DNA of 64,000 bases from an uncultured Gemmataceae bacterium (GTDB lineage Bacteria; Planctomycetota; Planctomycetia; Gemmatales; Gemmataceae): contig CAVVPN010000003.1 of NCBI GenBank assembly GCA_963750165.1, positions 1,312,001 through 1,376,000 of the forward strand, written 5' to 3'. Both the position numbers and the translations under genes were made by a program. Below, piece by piece: positions 10,699 to 21,104 of this stretch. Within the stretch, counting starts at the first letter, position 1; every line of letters starts with the position of its first letter. The notes beneath the pieces were generated by a model. It was not told the origin of the DNA, searched no databases, and was given only the letters and a program-made list of their open reading frames with translations.

Positions 10699-12429
10699 TC
10701 ACAGCTGCGGTGCCTTGGGCTTGATCGGCGCCTGAAAGGCATTGGCCCCCTGGACGCGGAGCTTCCGCGCGTAGACGCGGTCGCCGCAGGTGGCGTACAG
10801 CGTGTCGAAGCGCTCGCCGCCAAAGCAGAGGTTCGCCACCTTACCGTTTGGCGTCGGCAGGATGCAGTTTACCCGTCCGGCCTGATCGCACACCTGCACG
10901 CCCAGGCGCGTGGCCACATACAAACGGCCGTCGCGGTCCACACGCAGGCCGTCGGCCCCGCTATCGTCCGCGGTGTCCGGCATGTGCAGGTGGTAATACT
11001 TCTGCTTGTATTTCAGGGAGCCGTCTGCCTGGACCTGGTAGCTGTAGACCCAGTGCGTGCGGCTGTCGGCGACGTACAGCAGTGTCTGGTCCGGCGACAG
11101 CGTGATCCCGTTCGCGAACTTCAGGCCAGTGTCCACCACCTTCTTTTCCCCCCTGGGGCTGATGTACCACACCTTGCTCGGCTCGGTGCCGGGGTTGGTC
11201 ACATACAGACTGCCATCGTAGCGCACGATCAGGTCGTTGCCCTTGAACCCGTCGGCGACGACCCTGGCCTTGCCGTCAGCGTCGTAAGCCAGCACCTGCG
11301 CGGCGCCGGTGGCGACCGCGTACAGCTTGCCGTCGGGGCCGAACGCCTGGCCGTTGCCGCGCTTCGAGTCCGCGAGGAACAGGCTCACCTTGCCGTCCAG
11401 GCCGATCTTGTAGGTTTTACTGTTCGGAATGTCGTTGAAAAACACTTCACCCTTCGCGTTGGCTGCCGGGCCCTCCGTGAACTTGTAACCGTCCGCCACC
11501 AGCTTCCACCCCTCACCCGGCTGCAGGATGTCCTGCAACTGCTTCGACCCCTTGCCCGCCTTGATCGGGGCCGGATGGTCCTTCCACAACCAGCGCATCG
11601 CGTCAGGGAAAAGCTGCGTCGCATGGGTGCCGTTGTGGCCGCCGTCGCCCCAGGCGTGGTTGACCTCGTAGCCGGCGAACTTCAGCGCCCGCTCCATCTC
11701 CTGGTTGGCCATCCACCAGTCGCCGCCGTAAATGTTCAGGTCGTTCTTGCCGTCCTGTAGATAGACGCGCAGCGGCTTCGGCTCGTACTTGCGGATGAGC
11801 GTCGGGTAGACGTTGGCGCCGCGCAGGCCGACGTAGGTGCCGATGGCGCTGAAAACGCGGCGAAACGCATCGGGCCGCTCCCACGCCGCGGTGAACGCAC
11901 AGACGGCGCCGCTGCTGCTGCCGCCGATGGCGCGGTCGTTGCCGTCCTTCGAGAGCCGGATGGCGCGGCCGTCCTTGGTCTTCTTCTTCTCCACCTCCGG
12001 CAGCAGTTCTTCCAGCACAAAGCGGGCGTAGGCGTCGCCGAGGCCGTCGTACTCATAGCTGCGGTTGTAGCGCGGCAGCGCCTTGTTGCTGGTGGCCGGG
12101 ACGACGCCGGGCCGCACGAACACGCCGATGACGACCGGCATTTCCTTCTTGTGGATCAGCTCATCGAAGACGGCGGGGGCCTTGAACTGGATGCCGTCCT
12201 GGTTGACGTGGACGCAGGCGGGTTTCGCCGGGTCGTACTGCTTCGGCACGTAGACCCAGTAGTCGCGTGTGGTGCCGGGGAAGATTTTGCTATCCGCGAA
12301 GGTGTATTGCGTGATTTCGCCCCTGGGCACGGCGGGCTGTTGCTGGGCGGCCGGGACGAGAGCGGCCAGGCAGGGCAGGACGAGCAGGGCCGGCAACCAG
12401 GCGCGGCGGCGGCGGGTCAGTCGGGGCAC
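10699..12429 (-). CDS. Secreted esterase (Fes-like alpha/beta hydrolase) fused to an SMP-30/gluconolactonase domain
   Basis: GGSSSG nucleophile elbow; FTEGP, ANGITLSPD and ADGLRVDRDG propeller motifs. Confidence 0.88.
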   Translation of the reverse strand: MPRLTRRRRAWLPALLVLPCLAALVPAAQQQPAVPRGEITQYTFADSKIFPGTTRDYWVYVPKQYDPAKPACVHVNQDGIQFKAPAVFDELIHKKEMPVVIGVFVRPGVVPATSNKALPRYNRSYEYDGLGDAYARFVLEELLPEVEKKKTKDGRAIRLSKDGNDRAIGGSSSGAVCAFTAAWERPDAFRRVFSAIGTYVGLRGANVYPTLIRKYEPKPLRVYLQDGKNDLNIYGGDWWMANQEMERALKFAGYEVNHAWGDGGHNGTHATQLFPDAMRWLWKDHPAPIKAGKGSKQLQDILQPGEGWKLVADGYKFTEGPAANAKGEVFFNDIPNSKTYKIGLDGKVSLFLADSKRGNGQAFGPDGKLYAVATGAAQVLAYDADGKARVVADGFKGNDLIVRYDGSLYVTNPGTEPSKVWYISPRGEKKVVDTGLKFANGITLSPDQTLLYVADSRTHWVYSYQVQADGSLKYKQKYYHLHMPDTADDSGADGLRVDRDGRLYVATRLGVQVCDQAGRVNCILPTPNGKVANLCFGGERFDTLYATCGDRVYARKLRVQGANAFQAPIKPKAPQL

Positions 12430-12528
12430 GGGTCGGCTCCTTTCAGCACGGCGACGCAGGCGGGGAGGGTGACACGGCTGGCATTTTAGGTCTTTCTGCC
12501 GCTTGCGGCCTGGCGGGCTGCATCCCTG

Positions 12529-12584
12529 CCGGCGCGAAACGATAAATCAAGAACTGGAAGATTTGATTTATCGTTTCGCGCCGG
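12529..12584. repeat. Perfect 22-bp AT-rich inverted repeat in a divergent intergenic region
   Basis: ccggcgcgaaacgataaatcaa-N12-ttgatttatcgtttcgcgccgg. Confidence 0.85.
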
Positions 12585-12607
12585 ATTCCGAGCAATGTGG
12601 AGGTCCC

Positions 12608-13912
12608 ATGAGCCGCGTCATTGAGCAATTTGAGCGGGCCCAGCAATCCCTCGCCGGCGGCGTCAGCGCCTCGACGCGCGTCAACCGGGCGCTGGGCCAT
12701 CCGCTGTACATCGACCGCGCCGCCGGCTGCCGCGTCTGGGACCTGGACGGCAAGGAGTACCTCGACCTGTGTTGCAGCCACGGCGCGACGCTGCTGGGCC
12801 ACGGCGACGCCCGGGTGCGGCGAGCGGTCGAGGCGGTGCTGGACCGCGGCGCCGCCTGCTCCTACGAGAACGAACTGCACGCCGAACTGGCCGAACTGCT
12901 GTGCGCGACGGTGCCGTGCCTGGAGCGTGTGCGCTTCACCGGCTCGGGCACCGAGGCGACGCTGCACTGCCTGCGCCTGGCCCGCGCCTGCACTGGCCGC
13001 ACGAAAATCCTCAAGTTCGAGGGCAACTTTCACGGCTACCACGATCAGGTGATGTACGCCATCGGCACGCCCGCCGACCGCCTCGGCCCGGAGGAGACGC
13101 CGATCGCTTACCCCGGCTCGTCCGGTCTGCCCGCGGGATGGGATCAACACCTCGTCATCGTGCCGTACAACCGCACGGACCTGTTCGAGACCGCGTTCCA
13201 CCGGCACGCCCACGAACTGGCCGCGGTCATCTGCGAACCGGTGTACTACAACGCCGGCTGCATCGTCCCCGACCGCGACTTCATGCTGGCGCTGCGGGCG
13301 CGGACGCGCGAGGCTGGCGTGCCGCTCATCTTTGATGAAGTGCTGAGCGCCTTCCGCATGTGCCCCGGCGGCGCCCAGGAATTTTTGGGCGTGACGCCGG
13401 ACCTGTGTACGCTGGGCAAGGCGGTGGGCGGCGGCTTCCCGCTGAGCGTCTTCGGCGGCCGCCGCGACTTCATGGACAGGCTCATGCCGGTGGGCGATTG
13501 CCAGCACAGCGGCACTTACAACGGCCACGTCGTCGCGGTCGCCGCCGCCCTGGCCGCCGTCACCGCTTACCGCGAGCCGGGTTTTTACGACCACCTCAAC
13601 GCCGTCGGCCGCCTGCTGTTCGACGGCCTCAACGCGCTGTTCGCCCGCCACGGTGTCAACGGCCGCGTGCAGGGACTGGGGGCGCGTTTCGGCATCTACT
13701 TCGGTGTGACGGGGCCGCTGCGCAACTACCGCGACGCGGTGCGGCACCAGTGCGAGCAGATGCTGCGCTTCATCGCGGCGGCGATTGCGCACGGCGTCTA
13801 CTTCCACGACTACGGCGGGGCGGCGTGCCATCATGGCTTCTGTGCGGCCATGACGCTGGCGGATGCCGACGAGGCGCTGCAGCGCCTGGACGCTGCCGTG
13901 CGCGCGCTGTGA
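12608..13912 (+). CDS. Class III PLP aminotransferase (glutamate-1-semialdehyde aminomutase-like)
   Basis: SGTEAT, FHGYHD, LIFDEV and PDLCTLGKAVGGG motifs; GGAGG RBS. Confidence 0.88.
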   Translation: MSRVIEQFERAQQSLAGGVSASTRVNRALGHPLYIDRAAGCRVWDLDGKEYLDLCCSHGATLLGHGDARVRRAVEAVLDRGAACSYENELHAELAELLCATVPCLERVRFTGSGTEATLHCLRLARACTGRTKILKFEGNFHGYHDQVMYAIGTPADRLGPEETPIAYPGSSGLPAGWDQHLVIVPYNRTDLFETAFHRHAHELAAVICEPVYYNAGCIVPDRDFMLALRARTREAGVPLIFDEVLSAFRMCPGGAQEFLGVTPDLCTLGKAVGGGFPLSVFGGRRDFMDRLMPVGDCQHSGTYNGHVVAVAAALAAVTAYREPGFYDHLNAVGRLLFDGLNALFARHGVNGRVQGLGARFGIYFGVTGPLRNYRDAVRHQCEQMLRFIAAAIAHGVYFHDYGGAACHHGFCAAMTLADADEALQRLDAAVRAL

Positions 13913-13967
13913 ACGCCGCGTCCCATCCCGCCCAACGGGTATGCCCCTCGAAGTAGTCGGGTAAGTT

Positions 13968-14050
13968 GAGTGTGCCACTGCCTGGCCGCCCTTCTGGAAC
14001 TGGATGGAGGTGCAAGCGGCTTCACCGGGCGGCCAGGCAGTGGCACACTC
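13968..14050. repeat. GTGCCACTG-type REP palindrome
   Basis: Perfect 24-bp arms at 13968-13991 and 14027-14050. Confidence 0.85.
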
Positions 14051-14059
14051 TCTCTTGAC

Positions 14060-14348
14060 CTAGCGCGGTTCGCAGTTGCGTGGACCACGAACGGCAGGCG
14101 CTGCCAGGCGCCGCTTCTCGACGTGTGAAAAAGTTGGCGTTCTTGGCGTGCTTGGCGTCCTTGCTGTGGCAACCGCCGCCGATGGTTGTTGAGTCGTGCC
14201 ACCTGCACGGGGCCAGGGCGCCGCTTCTCGACGTATGAAAAAGTTGGCCCCCTTGGCCTCCTTGGCCCCCTTGCTGTGGCAGTGCAGGCCGCTGGTGGTC
14301 AGCCCGTGCCCGCCCACTCGTGTGCAAACCGTGCGTGAACCGCTCTAA
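14060..14348. mobile_element. MITE-like element copy 1 (~290 bp) with two internal 110-bp-period units
   Basis: Ends CTAGCGCGGTTC ... GAACCGCTCTAA; collinear with 52549-52846; cores at 14116 and 14226. Confidence 0.75.
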
Positions 14349-14512
14349 CTTTTCCGAGAGGTACACCCCCGCCAAACAATCTCCGTCAAACTGCTCTTGC
14401 AACCGGCCGTCCTCGGGTTATAAGTCCCTTCCCTTTTCAAATCACTCGCCCCGGCGCGCACGCTCGGCTGGGGTTCCGCGCGGTTCGACGACACGGAGGA
14501 AGGAGCGGATTC

Positions 14513-15562
14513 ATGGAGCCCGATCCGCTGTTCTGGGCTGGCAAGCGCGTCTGTGTGACGGGCGGCACCGGGTTTCTCGGCTGGCACCTGGTACGGCAAC
14601 TCCTGACGCTGACGCCGCACGTGCGCGTGCTTGGACTGCGCCCCACCTCGAGGCCGCTGCGGGAGCGGTTGCAGGCGCTCGACTGGGTCGAAGGCGACAT
14701 TCGGGACGCGGACGCGGTGCGCCGTGTCCTCCACGATTGTGATGTGGTGATCCACGCCGCGGGGCCGGTGGCGGTGTGGGGGTCGGCGCTGCGACAACTG
14801 CACGACATCCACGTCCAGGGCACGCGGCGAGTGCTGGAGGCGCTGCCGGCAGGGGCGCGGCTGGTCCACACGTCCAGCGTGGTGGCCATCGGCGCCTCGG
14901 CCGGGCGGACGCCGTTGACGGAGGCGGCGCCCTTTGGGTTGCGGCGCCTGCGCGTCGATTACGTCCACGCCAAGCGCGCGGCCGAGGACGTGGCGCTGGC
15001 GGCCGCGGCCCGGCAGGACGTGGTGGTGGTCAACCCCGCGTACCTGATCGGGCCGGAGGACTACCAGGGTTCGCCCCTGGGTCGCTTCTGCCTGCGCTTC
15101 TGGAAGCGCAAGGTGCCGCTGGTCCCGGGCGGCGGCCTGAATTTCGTCGATGTGCGCGACGTGGCCCGCGGCCATTTGCTGGCCGCGGAGCGCGGCCGCC
15201 GCGGCCAGCGCTACATCCTGGGCGGCGAGAACCTGACGTTTGTGGACTTCGTGAGCCGCCTGGCCGCCGTGCGCGGCCTGCCGCCGCGCCGCCGCTTCTG
15301 CGTCCCGTGGTGGCTGCAAACGGCCCTGGCACGGTTCGCGGAACTCCGCGCCGGCCTGCTGCACCGCGAGCCCTACCCGTCCGTGCAGCACGCCCGCATG
15401 AGTCGCTATTACTGGTACTATGCCTCCGACCGGGCCGCCGCGGAACTCGGCTACCGGGCCCGTCCGTTCCAGGAAACGCTGACGGACCTGCACGCCTGGT
15501 TCTGCCAGCACCGCCGGCTGCGGCGACAAACTGGCGTCCCTGGCCTGGCGGCGGCAGCCTGA
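14513..15562 (+). CDS. NAD-dependent epimerase/dehydratase (dihydroflavonol reductase/HpnA-like)
   Basis: VTGGTGFLG, YVHAK, VDVRDVARGH and RYILGGEN motifs. Confidence 0.88.
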   Translation: MEPDPLFWAGKRVCVTGGTGFLGWHLVRQLLTLTPHVRVLGLRPTSRPLRERLQALDWVEGDIRDADAVRRVLHDCDVVIHAAGPVAVWGSALRQLHDIHVQGTRRVLEALPAGARLVHTSSVVAIGASAGRTPLTEAAPFGLRRLRVDYVHAKRAAEDVALAAAARQDVVVVNPAYLIGPEDYQGSPLGRFCLRFWKRKVPLVPGGGLNFVDVRDVARGHLLAAERGRRGQRYILGGENLTFVDFVSRLAAVRGLPPRRRFCVPWWLQTALARFAELRAGLLHREPYPSVQHARMSRYYWYYASDRAAAELGYRARPFQETLTDLHAWFCQHRRLRRQTGVPGLAAAA

Positions 15563-15646
15563 CCGGCACGGCCTTTGCAACAGAAGTCTTCCTGAACCCG
15601 AACGCCGGTCAGCCAGGGAAACTCTCGCCGGATACGGAGGAAGACC

Positions 15647-16843
15647 ATGAACCATCAGGAGCGACCGATCATCGTGGGAGCGGGCCCGGTCGGGCTGGGA
15701 GCCGCGCTATTCCTGGCGCAGCAGGGCCAGCCCGTGCGCCTCGTCGAGGAGCGAGCCGAGCTGGAAACGCAGTCGCGAGCCCTGGCGGTCAACCCGCGCA
15801 CCCTGGACCTGCTGGAGCCGACGGGCGTCACGCGCCGGATGCTGGAAATCGGCGCCCCCATCCACGGCGCCCGCATCAGCCGGCACGGGCACGTCGTCGC
15901 GGCGCTGTCGTTGGCCGGCATCCACCCCCGCTATCCGTTCATGCTGGCGCTGTCGCAGGCGACCACCGAACGGCTGCTGACCCAGGCGCTGCACGAGGCC
16001 GGAGGCAGCATCGAACGTGGCCTGAAGCTGGTCGGCTGCCGGAACGCTGCCGATGGCGTCGAGGCGACGCTGGAGCCGACGGCCGGCGGTGCGCGCGAGA
16101 CGGCTCGGTATCCGTGGCTGCTGGCGGCGGAGGGCGCCCACAGCGTCGCCCGGCAGCAACTCGGTATCGACTTCGTGGGGACATCATTAAAGGGGGAGTG
16201 GTATCTGGCCGATGTCCCGCTGCGGACGCCCCTCGCTGCCGACCATGGCCACGTCATTTTCCTCGACGACGGCTTCCTGTTCCTGATCCGCGTGGTCGAT
16301 GACGCCCTGAAGGACCGCCCCGGCGATCCCATCTGGCGGGTCATTAGCACGCGCCCTGGGCCGCTGTCCCAACTGGTGGGTGCGGAGCAGACCGGCCCGT
16401 CTCTGTGGGAGTCGAGCTTCCACATTTCGCACCGCATCAACGCGACCCTGGCGGCGGGCCACGTCTACTTCGCGGGGGATGCGGCCCACGTCCACTCGCC
16501 GATGGGGGCGCGTGGCATGAACCTTGGGCTGGAAGATGCCTGGGTGTTCGCGCGGCTCGCGGCGTCAGGCCGGCTGGCGGAGTATGACCGGCTGCGACGG
16601 CCGGTGGATCGGCAGGTGGTGCGTCAGGTCGAACTGCTCACGCGGATCGTTTCCGGGGAGTCGGCGCTCTTTCGGTTCGTGCGGTCGTTCGTGTTGCCGC
16701 TGGCCGTCTCGCTGCCCTTCACCCGCCGTACCATGATCGGGACGTTGACCGGGCTCGACCACGAACTGCCGCCCCTGAGTGTGGAAACCAGGCGGGGTGG
16801 GAAACCAGCCACCACTGCCCCGGAGCAGCGGATAGGCGTGTGA
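15647..16843 (+). CDS. FAD-dependent monooxygenase (PheA/TfdB-like)
   Basis: GAGPVG, AEGAHS and GDAAHVHSPMGARGMNLG motifs. Confidence 0.9.
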   Translation: MNHQERPIIVGAGPVGLGAALFLAQQGQPVRLVEERAELETQSRALAVNPRTLDLLEPTGVTRRMLEIGAPIHGARISRHGHVVAALSLAGIHPRYPFMLALSQATTERLLTQALHEAGGSIERGLKLVGCRNAADGVEATLEPTAGGARETARYPWLLAAEGAHSVARQQLGIDFVGTSLKGEWYLADVPLRTPLAADHGHVIFLDDGFLFLIRVVDDALKDRPGDPIWRVISTRPGPLSQLVGAEQTGPSLWESSFHISHRINATLAAGHVYFAGDAAHVHSPMGARGMNLGLEDAWVFARLAASGRLAEYDRLRRPVDRQVVRQVELLTRIVSGESALFRFVRSFVLPLAVSLPFTRRTMIGTLTGLDHELPPLSVETRRGGKPATTAPEQRIGV

Positions 16844-16906
16844 CCCACACCTCCAGGAATTTCCGAAGCCTTTCAGAGTTTCCCGTCGCAGGATATGATG
16901 AGGTGT

Positions 16907-17161
16907 ATGCCCCCGACCTTCCGAGATGTCGATCCGCGCAAACTCCGGGTGTCGTCCCGCCTGAGCGGGGCTGACCCGATCAAGTTGCATCGGCACGAGG
17001 CGGCGCCGGACGTGCGGTTCGGGCTGTTGATCGCCAACCTCGCCTTTTTGGCGGCCGGGCCCTGGGACCAAGCTTTGTGGAACCTGGAGGATGAGCAATT
17101 GTTGGCAGCGGTGCAACAATTCCTCGCGGATCGGGCGGGTCAACAACAGCACGTCGCCTGA
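16907..17161 (+). pseudogene. Small ORF, possibly a deletion-fusion of two small hypothetical genes
   Basis: GAGGTG RBS; the two halves (DVDPRKLRVSSRLSGADPIKLHR and PDVRFGLLIANL...LWNLEDEQLL) resemble separate small planctomycete proteins as I recall them. Confidence 0.4.
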
Positions 17162-17193
17162 CCAATTCGTCGGCGGTCAATACAAACCACCGT

Positions 17194-18672
17194 ATGCGCA
17201 TCGCCATCGGCCAGCTCTGGCAGGAAACCAACACCTTCAACCCGCTGCCGACCACGCGCACCGACTTCGAGGACTTCGGCGTCGTCCGCGGTGCTGCGCT
17301 GGTCGAGCGGATGGCCGACACCAACGAACTCGGCGGCTTCATTCAGGCGCTGCGCACCTGGCCGGAGCGCCCGGAGATCGTTGGCCTCGTCCGCCTGCCG
17401 GCCTGGCCGTCCGGGGCCGCGACCGCCGACACCTTCGCATGGTTGCGCGACGAACTGGTCGGCGCCCTGCGCAGCGCCCTGCCCGTGGACGCCGTGCTCC
17501 TGGCGCTGCACGGTTCGCTCGTCGCCGCGGGCACGCCGGACGTGGAGGGCGCCGTCCTGGAGGCGTATCGGGCGCTGCTCGGGCCGGACGTGCCGCTGGT
17601 CGCCACTCTGGACCTGCACGCCAACGTCACCGAGCGCATGGTGCGCGCCGCGGACGCCCTGGTGCTGTACCACACCGCCCCGCACATCGACGTTTTTGAA
17701 ACCGGCCAGCGCGGCGCCGCGGTGCTGCGCCGCATCCTCGACGGCGCCCGGCCCGTGACGGCGTTCCAGAAATTGCCGCTCGTGGTCCCCGCGGAGCGCG
17801 CCGATACCCAGAATCCCGCGAGTGTGGGTTACGCCCTCCGCGAACTCCTGCAAGCGTGGGAACGCGACCCGCGCGTCCTCGCCGCCGGCCTGGCGACGGT
17901 GCAGCCGTGGCTCGACATTCCCGATCTGGGCTCCGCGGTGGTCGTCGTGACGGACGGTGACAGGGCGCTGGCACAGGCGCGCTGCGACGAACTGGCGGCG
18001 CTGGTCTGGGAGCGGCGGCGCGAATATTTGCCGGAATTGGTGTCGGTGGAGGAAGGGGTGCGGGCCGCGGCCGCGGAGCCGGACGGCCTGGTCGTCCTCA
18101 GCGACAGCGCCGACTCGACGACCTCCGGCGCCACCGGCGACAGCAACCACGTCCTACGCGAGTTGCTGAAACACTCCTGGCTGCGGCCCGCTCTGCTAAC
18201 GCTGGTCGATCCCGAACTGGTCGCCGAGGCGGGCCGGCGCGGCGTCGGGGCGGAGTTCGCCGCCACGCTCGGCGGCAAGCGCGACACCAAAAACTCGACA
18301 CCGCTGCCGGCCGTCGTCCGGGTGGCGAATCTGTTCGACGCGCGCTTCGTGATGTCCGGCCACCTGGCCCGCAACCTGGCGGTCAACCTGGGGCCGTCCG
18401 CGGTGCTGACCATCGGCAACGTCCAGGTTGTGGTCACGTCGCGGACCGGGCCGCACTTCGCGCCGCAGCTGTTCGAGGCCGCGGGGCTCGATCCGTTCGC
18501 CGCCCAGGTGCTGATCGCCAAGAGTCCGTGCGGCTTCCGCGCCGCGTACCAGGCGCGGGCCAGGAAAATCCTCGTCGTCCGCGCCCCCGGTTGCGCCCCG
18601 TCCGATTTCTGGAATACGGCGTATCACCACATCCCGCGGCCGCTGTGGCCGTGGGACGACCTCGCCACCTGA
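17194..18672 (+). CDS. M81 family metallopeptidase (MlrC-like)
   Basis: QETNTF, LALHGS, DLHAN and PHID motifs. Confidence 0.9.
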   Translation: MRIAIGQLWQETNTFNPLPTTRTDFEDFGVVRGAALVERMADTNELGGFIQALRTWPERPEIVGLVRLPAWPSGAATADTFAWLRDELVGALRSALPVDAVLLALHGSLVAAGTPDVEGAVLEAYRALLGPDVPLVATLDLHANVTERMVRAADALVLYHTAPHIDVFETGQRGAAVLRRILDGARPVTAFQKLPLVVPAERADTQNPASVGYALRELLQAWERDPRVLAAGLATVQPWLDIPDLGSAVVVVTDGDRALAQARCDELAALVWERRREYLPELVSVEEGVRAAAAEPDGLVVLSDSADSTTSGATGDSNHVLRELLKHSWLRPALLTLVDPELVAEAGRRGVGAEFAATLGGKRDTKNSTPLPAVVRVANLFDARFVMSGHLARNLAVNLGPSAVLTIGNVQVVVTSRTGPHFAPQLFEAAGLDPFAAQVLIAKSPCGFRAAYQARARKILVVRAPGCAPSDFWNTAYHHIPRPLWPWDDLAT

Positions 18673-18709
18673 GTGGCATCTTCGCGCGGGCAGCGGTTCG
18701 CGGCAGCCG

Positions 18710-20895
18710 TCACTTGATGAACAGCATCTCGCGGTAGGTCGGCAGCGGCCACAGATCGTCCGCAACCATCAACTCCAACTTGTCTCCGAGCGTCCGCACC
18801 TGGTTCATCGCCGACAGCACCGAGTCACGCGCGTACTTCGCATGCGCCAGTACGTCGCCCTCGGCGTGGTGGCTCAGCGCCCTGTCCAGCGTCGCCGTGG
18901 CCGACTGGAAGTCCGTGATGGCCTTCGTCAGCGACTTGAGCAGTTCAGCCTGGGCGCTATTGTCCACGCCGGCGGCCTTGGTGGCGTTGACCGTCGCGGC
19001 CACCTCCCCCTGGTAACGCAGCGCCGCTGGCAAGATCATCTGTCGGGCCATCATCGCCGTCAGCTGGCCCTCGATGTTCACCGTCTTGACGTAGTTCTCG
19101 CACAGGATGGTGAAGCGGCTTTGCAGTTCGCGCTCGCTGTAGACCTTGTACTTGCTGAACAGGTCAATCGAGTCCTTGCGGAGGATGACCGGCAGCGCGT
19201 CCACGGTGTTGCGCAGGTTCGGCAGGCCGCGCCGCTCCGCCTCCCGGTGCCACTCCTCGGAGTAGTTGTCGCCGTTGAAGATGACGCGCTTGCTCTCCTT
19301 GAGGATGCCGGGCAGCAGTGCCTGGATGGCCTTGTTCAGGTCCTGGCCGGACTTCACCGCCTTTTCGAGGTGGGTGGCGATGAAGTCCAGCGACTCGGCG
19401 ACGATGGTGTTCAGGACGGTGTTGGGGCCGGAGATGGACTGCGAGGCGCCGACGGCGCGGAACTCGAATTTGTTGCCGGTGAACGCGAACGGGCTGGTGC
19501 GATTGCGGTCGCCGGCGTCGCGCGGCAGCTTCGGCAGCACCGAAACGCCGATCTCCATGAAGCCGCCTTGCCGCGGCGCCTTGCCGGTGCCCTGCTCCAG
19601 CTGGTCCATCACGTCCTGCAGCTGGTCACCCAGGAAGATCGACATGATGGCCGGCGGCGCCTCGTTGGCGCCGAGGCGGTGGTCGTTGTTGGCACCGCTG
19701 ACGACAACGCGCAACAGTTCGGGATACCGGGCCACGGCGCGGATGACGGCAACGCAAAAGACCAGGAACTGGGCATTCTCGTGCGGGCTCTCGCCGGGGT
19801 TGAGCAGGTTCTCACCGGTGTCGGTGGCCATCGACCAGTTGTTGTGCTTGCCCGAGCCGTTGATGCCGGCGAACGGCTTCTCGTGCAGCAGGCACGCCAG
19901 GCCGTACTTGTCGGCGGTGCGGCGCAGGATCTCCATTGTCAGCATCTGGTGGTCGGTGGCCAGGTTGGAGTCCTCGAAGATCGGCGCGATTTCGTACTGG
20001 CTCGGGGCCACCTCGTTGTGGCGCGTCTTGACCGGCACTGCCAGCTTGAACAGCTCCGCCTCGGCCTCGGCCATGCACGCCAGCACGCGCTCCGGGATCG
20101 AGCCGAAGTACTGGTCCTCCAGTTCCTGGCCCTTGGGCGGCCGGGCGCCGAACAGTGTGCGGCCGGCGTTAATCAGGTCCGGGCGGGCGTAGTAGAAGTT
20201 CTTGTCGATCAGGAAGTATTCCTGTTCGGGGCCGACGGTCGTGAAGACTTTTTTGGCGTCTTCGTTGCCGAACAGCCGCAGGATGCGCAGGGCCTGATTG
20301 GACAGCGCCTCCATCGAGCGCAGCAACGGTGTTTTCTTGTCGAGGGCGTCGCCGGTCCAGCTGAGGAAGGCCGTCGGGATGACCAGGGTGGCGCCGTTGG
20401 GGCCTTCGTGGATGAACGCCGGGCTGGTCGGGTCCCAGGCGGTGTAGCCGCGGGCCTCGAAGGTGGCCCGCAGACCACCGGAGGGGAACGAACTGGCGTC
20501 CGGTTCGCCGCGCACCAGTTCCTTGCCGCTGAACTCGGTGAACGCCTTGCCGTCGCTGGTGGGCTGCAGGAAGCTGTCGTGCTTTTCAGCGGTCAGGCCG
20601 GTCATGGGCTGGAACAGGTGCGTGAAGTGCGTGGCACCCTTTTCGATGGCCCAGTCCTTCATGGCGGTGGCGACGGCGTCGGCGATGGCGGCGTCGAGCG
20701 GAGCACCTGCTTGATCGTCTTCTGCAAGGCGCGGAAGACGGACTTCGGCAACCGCTGCCGCTGCACTTCCTCGTTGAAGACGTTTTCGCCGAAGAGGGCC
20801 TTGAGGTGCGTTTCCTTGAAGTTGACGCGGTGAAGCTGGTGTTTCGCGGTGGCGATGGCCTGAATCGCCTGCTGACGATGGTTCGCTGAGCCCAT
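18710..20895 (-). CDS. glnA: Glutamine synthetase type III; 1-bp deletion near 20706
   Basis: [34 protein letters not shown] and [10 protein letters not shown] motifs; the N-terminus [11 protein letters not shown] lies in another frame. Confidence 0.92.
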
Positions 20896-21018
20896 GCTGT
20901 GGTCTTCTCCTGGAGGGCGCCAACGCGGCGACCGCTCCACGGTAGACGTTGGCGGTTCGATGGAGAGCCGCCGGGCCGGGACCGCTTATCGCCAGCGCGG
21001 CGGTGGAGAGATTTATTG

Positions 21019-21047
21019 GTTATAGGGAAAAGCGCTTGCGCGAACAA
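21019..21047 (-). promoter_or_regulatory. Candidate sigma-70 promoter for the glutamine synthetase gene
   Basis: TTGTTC-N17-TATAAC on the minus strand, ~125 nt upstream of the start codon. Confidence 0.5.
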
Positions 21048-21104
21048 GGGGATCGCGCTGGCGGCCGCTGGCCGCCAGACGACCCAGCCCTGCTGCTGAC
21101 AGGT

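Noticed and set aside
12608..13912. Calling the aminotransferase hemL
   Set aside because: It is divergent in the N-terminal substrate motifs and has no tetrapyrrole gene context, so only a family-level call is made.
14101..14280. 110-bp-period repeats as a CRISPR array
   Set aside because: Only two units per locus, the spacers are homologous between loci, and no cas genes are present.
13831..14402. ORFs translating the repeat (AKNAKNANFF / KKLAPLAPL)
   Set aside because: The open frames differ between copies, with no conserved start, stop or RBS, so the element is treated as non-coding.
20896..21020. Riboswitch in the glnA leader
   Set aside because: The leader is GC-rich with possible stems, but I could not match it to a known aptamer consensus by eye. 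An Rfam search is needed.
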